The notes beneath the pieces were generated by a model, which searched no databases, was not told the DNA's origin, and worked only from the letters and a program-made list of their open reading frames with translations. From assembly GCA_947467435.1 (NCBI GenBank), contig CANIIA010000001.1, positions 53,400 to 117,399 of the forward strand: DNA of 64,000 nt. The letters run 5' to 3'. A program made the translations under genes and the position numbers. This DNA comes from Betaproteobacteria bacterium (GTDB taxonomy: Bacteria > Pseudomonadota > Gammaproteobacteria > Burkholderiales > SG8-39). Positions within the stretch are counted from its first letter, which is position 1, and each line of letters opens with the position of its first letter. Positions 34,722-44,662 of this stretch are shown here, in pieces.

Positions 34722-36859
34722 TGACACAGCCCGCCAAACACGTGGTGCGTGAAGGCGCACAAATCGCTTTAGCACCACGTAGCATCGCCATCATTGGTGC
34801 ATCAGACAACCCCGAAAAAATCGGCGGGCGTCCGATTAAATATCTGCAGCGCTTTGGTTATCGCGGTCGCATCGATCCGATCAATCCAAATCGCAGTGAA
34901 ATTCAAGGCCTCAAGGCCTACGCAGATTTATCTGCGACACCCGATGCTCCCGAGCTTGCAATTGTTGCGGTGCCCGGACAAGCGGCCTTCGATGCGGTAC
35001 GTGCTTGCGCCGTACGCGGCGTCAAAGTCGCGGTGGTGATCGCTTCGGGTTTTGGCGAGATGGGCGCAGAAGGAAAACAACAACAAGCCGAGATGGTGCG
35101 AATTGCACGTGCTGCAGGTATGCGCTTGATTGGACCCAATGTGCAAGGGGTGGCAAATTTTGCTTCAGGCGCGGTGTTTAATTTCAACACCACGTTTAGT
35201 GAAACCACGCCACTCGATGGTCCCATTGCGATCGTGAGCCAATCCGGCGCGATGAGTGCCTTGCCGTATGCACATTTACGTACGGCAGGTTTGGGCGTGC
35301 GATATGCCTGCTCCACTGGCAATGAAGCTGATCTCACCGTGGCCGATTTTATGTTGGCCGTTGCGCAAGACCCCGAGATCAAACTGCTGTTGCTCTATCT
35401 CGAAGCAATTGCTGATGTACCGCGCTTTGAACAAGCGGCACGTTTTGCCCGAGCCCGTGGTTTGCCGATCGTGGCGCTGAAGTCAGGGGTTTCTCCGCGT
35501 GGCATGCAAGCCGCCACTTCGCACACCGGTGCATTGGCCACAGAAGATCGCACCGTCGCTGCGTTGTTTCGTCAGCATGGCATTTTGCGTGTCGAGGATG
35601 TACGTGCCTTCGTCAATGCTGCGCCGCTGTATTTACAAGGTTGGCACGCACAAGCGCGCCCACTCGGTCAACGGATTGTCGCGGTCAGCAACTCGGGTGC
35701 TTCGTGTGTGATGGCCGCAGATACCGCGCATCGTTTGGGTATGCCATTGGGTGATTTTGATGTCGCAACACGCGCCGACCTTGCCAAGGTGTTGCCAGAG
35801 TTTGGCGCAGCAGCCAATCCGATTGATCTCACCGCAGCGCTACTGAACAACAATCGGATGTTTGGTGATCTGCTTAACACGTTAGCGCAGCACGATGCCG
35901 CCGATGCGGTGTACATCAGCTTGCCTGCCTCCGGTGCGGGCTACGATTTGCCGCGCTACCTCGATGACTGCATCACCTTCGTACGTCAAACAGCACGTCC
36001 CTTAGTGATGGCCAATCCATTGGCAGCATCAGCCAAAGTATTTCGCGACGGCGGTGTGGTGGTGTTTGATCATGAAGTGGCGGCGCTTGAGGCCTTGGTG
36101 CAACTGATTAAGCACGATGCATTACTGCGTCGTGCCGAACCGCCCGTCACACCGATCCAAGCACCCGCACTGCCTGCGGGCGACGCGCGCTATTTATCTG
36201 AAAGCGATAGTTTGAACTGGTTGCATGCAGCGGGCTTACCAGCGATCGAACATGTGCTGTGTCGTCATGCTGAAGATGCAGCACAAGCCCTGCAACGCTT
36301 TGGCGCACCGGTGGTGATAAAAGGCTGTTCGGCTCACGTGCCGCATAAATCAGAATACGGCCTTGTCAAACTCGGCATACAAAACGCAGCGGCTGCGCGC
36401 GAGGCGTTTACTGCAGTGATGCAGGGATTGGCGCAGTTAAACGTGCCCGATGCTGCGGTGTTAGTTGCGCCGATGCGTAAAGCGCAGCGTGAGTTTGTGG
36501 TCGGAGCGCGATTCGATCCGCGCTTTGGCACACTGGTCATGCTGGGTGATGGTGGCAAATACATCGAAGCTTTGCCGGATATTGCGTTGCTGCGTTGGCC
36601 GTTTGATGCACAAGCGGTTGAAGAAGCCTTACACAGCTTACGTATTGCCCCCTTGTTTGCAGGCGTACGTGGTGAACCACCACTGGCACTCGAGGGCTTG
36701 GTACACATTGCACTGCAACTCGGCGCGCTGCTCGACGCAGCGAAAGGTGGGATTGCTTCGATTGATGCCAACCCGGTGATGGTGGGTGCAAGTAGGGCTG
36801 ATACGGTGATTGTCGATGCGCTCATCGAGCGTGGGACACACGGTTTATCGATGCGGTAA
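34721..36859 (+). CDS. NDP(ADP)-forming acyl-CoA synthetase, fused alpha/beta (CoA-binding + ATP-grasp)
   Basis: 712 aa. CoA-binding start SIAIIGASDNPEKIGGRPIKYL, ligase-CoA region GPNVQGVAN, phosphohistidine loop ATSHTGALA, and a C-terminal ATP-grasp domain. Its start overlaps the ThDP gene stop (TGATG). Confidence 0.85.
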   Translation: MTQPAKHVVREGAQIALAPRSIAIIGASDNPEKIGGRPIKYLQRFGYRGRIDPINPNRSEIQGLKAYADLSATPDAPELAIVAVPGQAAFDAVRACAVRGVKVAVVIASGFGEMGAEGKQQQAEMVRIARAAGMRLIGPNVQGVANFASGAVFNFNTTFSETTPLDGPIAIVSQSGAMSALPYAHLRTAGLGVRYACSTGNEADLTVADFMLAVAQDPEIKLLLLYLEAIADVPRFEQAARFARARGLPIVALKSGVSPRGMQAATSHTGALATEDRTVAALFRQHGILRVEDVRAFVNAAPLYLQGWHAQARPLGQRIVAVSNSGASCVMAADTAHRLGMPLGDFDVATRADLAKVLPEFGAAANPIDLTAALLNNNRMFGDLLNTLAQHDAADAVYISLPASGAGYDLPRYLDDCITFVRQTARPLVMANPLAASAKVFRDGGVVVFDHEVAALEALVQLIKHDALLRRAEPPVTPIQAPALPAGDARYLSESDSLNWLHAAGLPAIEHVLCRHAEDAAQALQRFGAPVVIKGCSAHVPHKSEYGLVKLGIQNAAAAREAFTAVMQGLAQLNVPDAAVLVAPMRKAQREFVVGARFDPRFGTLVMLGDGGKYIEALPDIALLRWPFDAQAVEEALHSLRIAPLFAGVRGEPPLALEGLVHIALQLGALLDAAKGGIASIDANPVMVGASRADTVIVDALIERGTHGLSMR

Positions 36860-37489
36860 CTGCGCGCGCAGCGCCTCGATAAATGCATGCGCGACATCGC
36901 CAGCGGCGATGCCATGGGGCGGCTTGCCTAACTCGTGCAACGTAAAGTTTGGCAGCGGGACGCGCAGACGCTGATCTGGAAACAACGACACAGCGGCTTG
37001 CACATGCGCATCACGGACGACAATTTTCTGGATCAAAAAATGCACATCAAGATCAATTTTCGGCGGATGCTTAGTGCGATACGCTGCAATATTGCGTTCA
37101 GTCGTGTCGATATTAGATAAATGCGCGCCTCGCTCCCAAATCACATCGGGGGCAATGACATCAATGTGCCGAATCAACACCAAGCGTTCACGCACCGACG
37201 CAAGGTCAACGCCCACACGCAAGGTGTCGACGCGCAGTAAGTGCGGCGTGTGAAAACCCGCCGGATTATGAATCACGAATTGCCGCAGCGTGAGTTCACC
37301 TTGAGCGGTGTCCACGTGCACCGCACCCACCTGTACGGATGCACCAATGATGGCGCTACCATGGGTTTCGATCGCTGTTTTAACAAATGTATCGAGATGA
37401 CTGCGCATCCAAATCAACGCACCGCCAATGGCGAGCACCACACTGCACAGCACGCTAATCAATACGATCCACAGCGTGCGTCGCTTCAC
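36845..37489 (-). CDS. membrane-anchored hypothetical protein (AsmA-N/DUF748-like)
   Basis: 214 aa with an N-terminal TM segment (LWIVLISVLCSVVLAIGGALIW), followed by a pattern like AsmA N-terminal regions (VQVGAVHVD..L.IHNPAGFHTPHLLRVDTLRVGVDLASV). Its 3' end overlaps the convergent acyl-CoA synthetase gene by 15 nt. Confidence 0.5.
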   Translation of the reverse strand: MKRRTLWIVLISVLCSVVLAIGGALIWMRSHLDTFVKTAIETHGSAIIGASVQVGAVHVDTAQGELTLRQFVIHNPAGFHTPHLLRVDTLRVGVDLASVRERLVLIRHIDVIAPDVIWERGAHLSNIDTTERNIAAYRTKHPPKIDLDVHFLIQKIVVRDAHVQAAVSLFPDQRLRVPLPNFTLHELGKPPHGIAAGDVAHAFIEALRAQLPHR

Positions 37490-37507
37490 ACGTCGCTCCG
37501 AGAACGC

Positions 37508-38437
37508 CTAATCTTCGGCAAAGCGCAAGGATGGTGCGCTCACCGAAGAAAGATCCATCACGGGCGGATCAAACGCCGTATCACCCTCTTCGGAGGGCGT
37601 GCCCGTGGCCGCCAAATTCGCAAAATCAAACAGCTGGTGATCAAGTAAATGCGAGGGGCGTGCGTCGGTCAGGGCACGTGCAATCGACTCGATACGTCCC
37701 GGATGGCGACGCTGCCATTCACGCAACATCTCACCAACCACTTGTCGTTGAAGATTGCTTTGCGAGCCACACAAGGTACACGGAATAATCGGAAATTTTT
37801 TGATCTCTGCAAATGCCGCCAGATCGGCTTCGGCCACATAGGCAAGCGGACGAATCACAACGTGTTTGCCGTCATCTGAAACCAATTTCGGCGGCATCGC
37901 TTTCAATTTTCCGGCGTAAAACAAGTTCAGAAAAAACGTCGCCAAAATATCGTCGCGATGATGCCCGAGCGCAATCCGCGTCGCACCCAACTCGCTGGCC
38001 ACGCGATACAGCACACCGCGTCGCAAGCGCGAGCACAGCGCACACATGGTTTTTCCCTCGGGCACCACGCGCTTCACAATGCTGTAGGTGTCTTGGGTTT
38101 CGATATGAAACGGCACACCGCGCGCACGCAAATAATCGGGGAGCACCGTGTCAGGAAAGCCGGGTTGCTTTTGATCGAGGTTGACGGCGATCAATTCAAA
38201 ATCAATGGGTGCTTTGGCTTGTAACGACAACAAAATTTCTAGCAGACCGTAACTGTCTTTACCTCCGGACAAACACACCATCACACGATCGCCGGCGCTG
38301 ATCATCTTAAAGTCTGCAATCGCTTCACCCACTTGACGACGTAAGCGCTTGGCTAATTTACCGGCGTCGTATTGCGTTTTGCGTGGATCACGTGCGCTGG
38401 GGGGAGCAATGCGCACCGGTTGGAGGGATGAGTTCAA
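37508..38437 (-). CDS. ttcA: tRNA 2-thiocytidine(32) synthetase
   Basis: PP-loop [15 protein letters not shown], Cys motifs [10 protein letters not shown] and [10 protein letters not shown], 309 aa. Confidence 0.9.
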   Translation of the reverse strand: MNSSLQPVRIAPPSARDPRKTQYDAGKLAKRLRRQVGEAIADFKMISAGDRVMVCLSGGKDSYGLLEILLSLQAKAPIDFELIAVNLDQKQPGFPDTVLPDYLRARGVPFHIETQDTYSIVKRVVPEGKTMCALCSRLRRGVLYRVASELGATRIALGHHRDDILATFFLNLFYAGKLKAMPPKLVSDDGKHVVIRPLAYVAEADLAAFAEIKKFPIIPCTLCGSQSNLQRQVVGEMLREWQRRHPGRIESIARALTDARPSHLLDHQLFDFANLAATGTPSEEGDTAFDPPVMDLSSVSAPSLRFAED

Positions 38438-39192
38438 ATGTTCACCGAACGGCCACCGTCCACCGCCAAAATTTGGCCGGTGACATAAGGCGCATCATTC
38501 ACAAAAAAAGCCACGGCACGCGCGATGTCGTCGGACTCGCCTAATCGTTCGAGCAAGGTGTCAGCGATGATGCGTTCACGCTCTGTTTGCGAAAACTGTC
38601 CATCATCGGGCCACGCAATCGCCCCGGGTGCCACGCCATTCACGCGTACGTGCGGCGCGAGCTCCATGGCCAGTGACCGCGTTAATGCGGCCAAACCCGC
38701 CTTGGCTAACGAGTACACCACATAGCCACGCAATGGACGCTCTGCGTGAATGTCCACAATATTGACGATCACACCGCGTCGGTGCGCTAGGGTAGGCGCC
38801 AGTGCTTGCGCTAAAAATAACGGTGCTTTGAGATTCGTCCCAACCAAATCGTCCCATGCCGAAGCGGTAATTTCACCGATGGCTGTTGGATAAAAACTCG
38901 ACGCGTTATTCACCAACGCATCAATCTGTCCAAACTGCGCTTGCGCTTCCTTGGCGACTTGCGTGAGATTGGCTTGCAGTAAATCAGCTTGGATACATCG
39001 TGCGCTATCGGCACGCACTGCATTGAGTTGGTTTGCCAATGCTTGCGCTTCAAGCGCGCTATCACGGTGGTGCAACACCACCCGCGCACCCTGTGCGTGC
39101 AACCGTCGCGCAATCGCAGCGCCGACCCGGCGTGCCGCACCGGTAATAAACACCACCTTGTGTTGATCAATCGCGTTCAAAGGACGATCCAT
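38434..39192 (-). CDS. SDR-family oxidoreductase, pteridine/dihydromonapterin reductase-like
   Basis: From ATG 39192: ..[29 protein letters not shown].., with the catalytic YSLAKAGL motif. ATGA-type overlap with ttcA. Confidence 0.75.
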   Translation of the reverse strand: MDRPLNAIDQHKVVFITGAARRVGAAIARRLHAQGARVVLHHRDSALEAQALANQLNAVRADSARCIQADLLQANLTQVAKEAQAQFGQIDALVNNASSFYPTAIGEITASAWDDLVGTNLKAPLFLAQALAPTLAHRRGVIVNIVDIHAERPLRGYVVYSLAKAGLAALTRSLAMELAPHVRVNGVAPGAIAWPDDGQFSQTERERIIADTLLERLGESDDIARAVAFFVNDAPYVTGQILAVDGGRSVNI

Positions 39193-39370
39193 GAAGTGCA
39201 GCACATTGTATTTGTATCGAGATCGATGCTTGCAGGCCAACATGCAAGCGCATGCACAAGCCTTCGTGATCGATATTTTTAGCGCCGGGTGGACGCTTAA
39301 GCATTGCAGATTCTACCCAAATGAGTGAGCATGCCGGTGACCATTCGCACGCAGCGCTCGCGTATTCCCC

Positions 39371-40525
39371 ATGTCAATCTTACCCACCTTGCCCACACCG
39401 TCGGTTGAAGCACGCGCCGCGAGTGATGCGCTACACGCGCATATTTGTACCGAAATTTCTCAGGCGGGCGGGTGGATATCGTTTGCGCGGTATATGCAGT
39501 TGGCGTTGTACACGCCAGGCTTGGGCTATTACGCAGGTGGGGCGACGCGGTTTGGTGAGGCCGGTGATTTCATCACCGCACCCGGCTTAGGGTCATTGTT
39601 TGCGCAAACCTTCGCCCAAGCCATCACACCGCTGATTCAGCAAGGCCTCAACCAAGTACTTGAGTTTGGCGCAGGCACCGGTGCATTTGCGGCAGCACTT
39701 TTACTTGAACTTGAACACACGCAGGCCTTGCCTGCGCGTTACTTGATTCTTGAACCAAGCGCGGCACTGATTGCTGAGCAACGCCAAACCCTCACGCAAC
39801 ACGCGCCGCATTTAGTGCAACGCTGCATGTGGTTGGATCGTTTGCCCCAGCTAAGTGACACCGTGATCATTGCAAATGAAGTGCTCGATGCCCTGCCTGT
39901 CGAAGCGGTGCGTTGGGATGACACAGGCATTTTTTCGCGTGGCGTATCGGTGGATCAACAGGGCACGCTATGCTGGTCACTGCGTCCAGCCAGCGCCACG
40001 CTGTTACAGGGTGCGCAACGCATGACCGTACCCACGCCGTATGAAAGTGAATTGGGTCTACAGGCCGAGGCGTGGATCCACTCGCTTGGCGAATCACTAC
40101 AACGTGGCGTGATTTTTTTGATCGACTACGGTTTTGCTGCGCAGGAATTTTGGCATCCACAGCGCAACACCGGGACATTGATGTGTCATTACCGACATCA
40201 CGCACACACAGATCCGTTTTATTTGCCAGGCTTACAAGACATCACCGCGCACATCGATTTTTCAGCGTGCGCCCGCGCAGCGCAAGCCGTTGGATTAGAC
40301 ATACTTGGTTACACCACACAAGCGTCTTTTTTAATTGATGCCGGGCTATTAAACGTACTCGCGCGAACCGATCCAAACGACACACGCTATCCCTCACTCG
40401 CGGGTCAAGCGCAACGTTTGCTTTCGCCCGCAGAGATGGGCGAATTATTTAAGGTGCTGTGTTTGGGTCGGGCGATGACTGCGCCACCGGGATTTGGCCG
40501 CGGCGATCGCAGTCACACCTTATAG
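39371..40525 (+). CDS. SAM-dependent methyltransferase, MidA/NDUFAF7 (DUF185) family
   Basis: 384 aa. ISFARYMQLALYTPGLGYYAGG...FGEAGDFITAP...VLEFGAGTGAFA...ANEVLDALPV...GELFKVL. Confidence 0.8.
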   Translation: MSILPTLPTPSVEARAASDALHAHICTEISQAGGWISFARYMQLALYTPGLGYYAGGATRFGEAGDFITAPGLGSLFAQTFAQAITPLIQQGLNQVLEFGAGTGAFAAALLLELEHTQALPARYLILEPSAALIAEQRQTLTQHAPHLVQRCMWLDRLPQLSDTVIIANEVLDALPVEAVRWDDTGIFSRGVSVDQQGTLCWSLRPASATLLQGAQRMTVPTPYESELGLQAEAWIHSLGESLQRGVIFLIDYGFAAQEFWHPQRNTGTLMCHYRHHAHTDPFYLPGLQDITAHIDFSACARAAQAVGLDILGYTTQASFLIDAGLLNVLARTDPNDTRYPSLAGQAQRLLSPAEMGELFKVLCLGRAMTAPPGFGRGDRSHTL

Positions 40526-40531
40526 CGCCTC

Positions 40532-41152
40532 TTAAACGGCAGGCACCGCCATACCACGCACCACGGCGGGACGACGACTGATCGTGTCGTACCAGCGCTT
40601 CACGTTTGGAAACGCCGCTAGATCGACGTGATGCCATTCGTGACGCGCCACCCACGGATAGGTGGCCATATCTGCGATTGAATATTCTTCGGCCAAAAAT
40701 GCGGCCTCGGATAAGCGCTTGTCGAGCACACCATACAAGCGCTTGGTTTCTTCGGTATAGCGTTTAATTCCGTAGGGTACTTGCTCTGGAGCAGCACGTA
40801 AGAAATGATGCGCCTGACCAAACATTGGGCCCACGCCGCCCATCTGAAACATCAACCATTGCAGCGCGATGTATTTACCACGATCGCTTTGCGGTAAAAA
40901 TTTTCCTACCTTACCGGCGAGATAAACCAGAATCGCACCCGATTCAAACAGTGTCAGCGGCTTGCCATCCGGGCCGTGCGAATCAACGATCACCGGAATG
41001 CGGTGATTCGGGTTCATCGCTAAAAATTCCGGCTTGAACTGTTCGTTTTTTCCGATATTCACGGCATGAGCACGATAAGCTAAACCGCACTCCTCAAGCA
41101 TGACCGAAACTTTGCGGCCATTCGGTGTGGTCCAGGTGTAGAGATCAATCAT
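40532..41152 (-). CDS. yfcG: glutathione S-transferase, YfcG-like (Nu class)
   Basis: MIDLYTWTTPNGRKVSVMLEECGLAYRAHAVNIGKNEQFKPEFLAMNPNHRIPVIVD...LFESGAILVYLA closely parallels E. coli YfcG as I recall it. Confidence 0.85.
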   Translation of the reverse strand: MIDLYTWTTPNGRKVSVMLEECGLAYRAHAVNIGKNEQFKPEFLAMNPNHRIPVIVDSHGPDGKPLTLFESGAILVYLAGKVGKFLPQSDRGKYIALQWLMFQMGGVGPMFGQAHHFLRAAPEQVPYGIKRYTEETKRLYGVLDKRLSEAAFLAEEYSIADMATYPWVARHEWHHVDLAAFPNVKRWYDTISRRPAVVRGMAVPAV

Positions 41153-41218
41153 GTTTGCTTACCTCCGATGGATGAATGAGTTGTCACTGCGTAGTACGTC
41201 ATTAACAAAAGCTACTAA

Positions 41219-42580
41219 TTATTTTTTTGCCTCAAGTGCCTTGAGCTTTTTTTCCATCGCTGCTCCGATAAATAGCTGAGGCGATGATGCCGGTAAATCT
41301 GCCGCGCGTTCGGCGGCAGCAATGGATTCGCGTGCCTGTGTAAACGCGGTGAGCAACGACGTTGACTTTGCCAAGCCTTCATTAAATAACGGCGCACCAA
41401 ACGCAGTCCATGGATCGTTGGTCATACAACCCAGCGACAACTGATCGGCTGCAGCACTGGTGAGGATGAGCGTATGTTCATCTTTTAACGGCTCAATAAA
41501 TCCACCGGCATAACAAGAAGACACCACAATTATTTTCCAGCGAATACCGGCATCTTGTAACGCACGTGCAACGAGCGTTGGATTAATCGGCTGCAACGCC
41601 AACCCGGGCGCAACTGCGGGAAGCAAATAACTCGGATCCGCTTGCCCAGCAATGTAGAGCAACAGTACATCTTCATCGCTGTTCATACGCTCGCGTACCT
41701 GCGTTAAGGTCCGTCGCAAGTTCGTGGCGCTGGCCAACGGATGGGTCTGTACTACGCGCGGATCATTACTTAAGATCACTGCGCGTTGGGCTACTTGAAA
41801 ACGCTCGCTCAAGATCGCCTGTACCGCTTGCAGTTCATCAAAGAACATCGGCTGACTACCGTCAGGGGCAAAGCCGACAAAAAACAGTTCGGTTCGGCCG
41901 CGTGTACCGGACGCAATCGATTGCATCGTGCGTTCAAGTAACGCACCCTGCAAATGAAATACGTGTTCTGTGTGTAATGGTGACCGTGTTGCCTCGGTTT
42001 CCTCGGGCGCATTCAGCCAAACGGGTTGGCGTGGCATCACGCCAACCTGCAACACCAACAGTAACAACACGATACCAATCGACCAGTAAAACGGACGTCG
42101 TCGTGTCCCGCGTGCGCCAGCCAACAACCAAACGGCACGTAGTGCCGCCAACAACATCCAAAGTAGGAAAACAATCCACGCATAGGCATCCAATAACGGG
42201 AAACCAATCCAGCTCGTGGCGGCCATGATGACCTGAAAAAATGGATCGCTCGCTGTCCACGCCACCATCAGCGCCAAGGCCAAGGCCTGCCGTCGGTACA
42301 CCATGGCAATCCATGCCGCTGCACCCAGCGCTAAAGTCATTTGTGCAAAAAAACCAATCAACGATTGCGGATTAAACACCTCGCCCGGATCTTGATAAGC
42401 CGCAGAGATAACGATCCCGATCCAATCGATCAGCGTGAGCCAAATCAAATCCACAAACGACACACGAAACGCATGCGCCGGCACGGGCAATCCGAACGCG
42501 AGGCGTGTACCGGCCAGCAGATTGCGCCACAGATTGTGGCTCCACAAACCAACGTGTGCTTTGCATTGATTCCAGCTCAT
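41219..42580 (-). CDS. polytopic membrane protein with C-terminal peptidase C13 (legumain-like, clan CD) domain; catalytic His apparently substituted
   Basis: ATG 42580 forms an ATGA overlap with the cca stop. There are about 6 TM segments, followed by a clan-CD-like fold: [11 protein letters not shown]..., [14 protein letters not shown] (the usual position of the ..HG.. motif), and [13 protein letters not shown] (Cys motif). Confidence 0.7.
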   Translation of the reverse strand: MSWNQCKAHVGLWSHNLWRNLLAGTRLAFGLPVPAHAFRVSFVDLIWLTLIDWIGIVISAAYQDPGEVFNPQSLIGFFAQMTLALGAAAWIAMVYRRQALALALMVAWTASDPFFQVIMAATSWIGFPLLDAYAWIVFLLWMLLAALRAVWLLAGARGTRRRPFYWSIGIVLLLLVLQVGVMPRQPVWLNAPEETEATRSPLHTEHVFHLQGALLERTMQSIASGTRGRTELFFVGFAPDGSQPMFFDELQAVQAILSERFQVAQRAVILSNDPRVVQTHPLASATNLRRTLTQVRERMNSDEDVLLLYIAGQADPSYLLPAVAPGLALQPINPTLVARALQDAGIRWKIIVVSSCYAGGFIEPLKDEHTLILTSAAADQLSLGCMTNDPWTAFGAPLFNEGLAKSTSLLTAFTQARESIAAAERAADLPASSPQLFIGAAMEKKLKALEAKK

Positions 42581-43692
42581 GGGCATCCTGAGGTAATCGC
42601 AGCAAGACGCGCGGCATCTACACAGCGTGCAATCTCTGCTGGATGTGTCGCACGCGCGGCCGCTGCACCTGCATCTACTGCAGTGGCAGCATGCAACGCT
42701 TGGTTCAGTCGCGCAACGGTGGGTGCGCACAATGGCTGCGCAAATTGCATCACACACAGTAGCTGTGCAAATCGCGCCGGTCGACGAATCGCATCCGCGC
42801 GTTTCAATAAATCCAGTAACGCCCGCGCATCGGCCTGGAGCGCGCCCTCGAGCGCAACCCGACATTGCATCGCCATCAACACCAAATCTCGTGTTTCGGT
42901 CGGCACGCGTAGCGCATCGAACAAGGCAACAAAGTCACTTTCAGCGCTTGGTGCCGCAAACCACCCAAGCACGGCAAAACGTTCTTCCATGCGCGCTTGG
43001 GCTTGTGCCGCTCGTGCTAACGCTGACAACGCTGCATCGCGATGCGGGCCAACGAACAACGCGGCCAACGGTGGCATTAAGCGCTGTAAAGCACCGCACT
43101 GCGTTAAGACTTCAAACATCGCCTGTGGTCGCGCTTCGCACAATCCGCGCGAAAACTCTTGCCACACACGCTCTGCGACTAAAAAATCTGCTTCGCCTTC
43201 ACTCACCATGCGTTGCATCAGTGCCGCTGTTTCGGGCGCCACCACAAAGCCAAAACGGGCCGCAAATCGTGCGACACGCAAGATACGCACGGGGTCTTCA
43301 ACAAATGCATCACTCACATGACGCAGCACCCCTGCTTGTAAATCGCGTTGCCCACCAAACGGATCGATCAGTTGTCCATCTGCAGCACGTGCCATTGCAT
43401 TGATGGTGAGATCGCGGCGACGTAAATCTGCTTCGAGCGTGACATCGGGTGCCGCGTACACCGTAAAGCCTTTATAGCCGCGACCACTTTTTCGTTCGGT
43501 GCGCGCTAAGGCGTATTCCTCATGCGTTTGCGGATGCAAAAATACCGGAAAGTCTCGACCTACCGCGCTATATCCTGCGGCACTCATCTCTTCCGGCGTC
43601 GCGCCCACGACGACCCAATCGCGATCGCCCGCAGGTAAGCCTAAGAGTGCATCGCGCACCGCACCGCCGACCACATAGGCTTGTAATGCCAT
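42577..43692 (-). CDS. cca: CCA tRNA nucleotidyltransferase with a shortened C-terminal region lacking HD motifs
   Basis: [30 protein letters not shown]...RRDLTINAM... is the class II nucleotidyltransferase head. At 371 aa it is about 40 shorter than E. coli Cca. Confidence 0.9.
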   Translation of the reverse strand: MALQAYVVGGAVRDALLGLPAGDRDWVVVGATPEEMSAAGYSAVGRDFPVFLHPQTHEEYALARTERKSGRGYKGFTVYAAPDVTLEADLRRRDLTINAMARAADGQLIDPFGGQRDLQAGVLRHVSDAFVEDPVRILRVARFAARFGFVVAPETAALMQRMVSEGEADFLVAERVWQEFSRGLCEARPQAMFEVLTQCGALQRLMPPLAALFVGPHRDAALSALARAAQAQARMEERFAVLGWFAAPSAESDFVALFDALRVPTETRDLVLMAMQCRVALEGALQADARALLDLLKRADAIRRPARFAQLLCVMQFAQPLCAPTVARLNQALHAATAVDAGAAAARATHPAEIARCVDAARLAAITSGCP

Positions 43693-43696
43693 GCGC

Positions 43697-44662
43697 TTAG
43701 CGCCGTGCGCCTTTGCGCAGTTGATCGTAACGCGCCCCCGGACGATGCATCGACAGATAGCTCGGTGCGATCGATTCTAAGGTGCTTGCATGTAAGCCAA
43801 AGGGCAGGCTGGCTGAGGACACATTATCGCGTTGCATAGAGCGCAGGTTATCGCGCGACATCAACGGGCCACCGGGCGCATGCTCAAGCAACCACGCTTG
43901 AACGTAACCTAAACATGGCGACAACCCGACGATAGGGCGTGCATAGCCCGCTGTGTGTATGGCGTAGCGCACCAGCTCACGCAAGGTATACACATGCGGA
44001 CCCACCAAAGAATACGTCGCTCCAATGGCCTCGCGTTCTAACAGCGATTGCACCATCACGCGCGCAACATCGCCGACAAAAATCGGTTGAAACTTGGCTT
44101 CGGCACCCGCCAAGGCCATCATCGGCACCGCTCGCGCTAACTCAGCAAACAAATTCAAAAAACGATCTTCAGGCCCAAAAATTACAGAGGGACGAAAGTA
44201 AGTGGTGTGCAATGTGGGATCGTTATGAAATACCGCCTCTCCCGCCGCTTTAGAGCGCAAGTATTCGCTCGGTGCGTTGGACGCAGCGCCAAGGGCACTC
44301 ATGTGCAACACGCGCTGCACTCCTGCTTGATGACACGCTGCACGAATACGCTCGGGTAGCGTCACATGCGCTGCGGCAAACGCAGCCCCGTAGGTTGGCC
44401 CGCCTGCACGCGCGGCGGGGCTGTGTAACACCCCGACTAAATTCACCACGGCATCACAGCCTCGCAATAACCGAACGAGTACATCTTCAGCCATCACATC
44501 GGCTTCGATCACTTCGACGGTCGGCAACAACAACAGGTGCCGCGCACGTTCGGCGCGACGCGTCGGGGCACGCACACGCACGCCTTGCGCCACCAATTGT
44601 GCAATGAGGTGACGACCAACAAACCCACTTCCACCAATCACAACAACGGTACGAGGTTTCAT
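43697..44662 (-). CDS. NAD(P)H-binding epimerase-fold protein, complex I NDUFA9-subunit-like family
   Basis: [30 protein letters not shown]..., an atypical-SDR fold, 321 aa. ATGA overlap with the slt stop. Confidence 0.75.
   Translation of the reverse strand: MKPRTVVVIGGSGFVGRHLIAQLVAQGVRVRAPTRRAERARHLLLLPTVEVIEADVMAEDVLVRLLRGCDAVVNLVGVLHSPAARAGGPTYGAAFAAAHVTLPERIRAACHQAGVQRVLHMSALGAASNAPSEYLRSKAAGEAVFHNDPTLHTTYFRPSVIFGPEDRFLNLFAELARAVPMMALAGAEAKFQPIFVGDVARVMVQSLLEREAIGATYSLVGPHVYTLRELVRYAIHTAGYARPIVGLSPCLGYVQAWLLEHAPGGPLMSRDNLRSMQRDNVSSASLPFGLHASTLESIAPSYLSMHRPGARYDQLRKGARR

Noticed and set aside
42341-43403. Long antisense ORFs. Examples are 42341..43321 and 42627..43403 opposite cca, 45512..46333 opposite slt, 28030..28656 opposite the DUF1116 gene, 58235..58966 opposite rsfS/rlmH, and 36334..36915 opposite the synthetase.
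   Set aside because: They lie entirely within well-supported genes on the other strand. Their composition is low-complexity and Arg/Ala/Ser/Cys-rich, typical of GC-driven shadow ORFs, and they carry no recognisable motifs.
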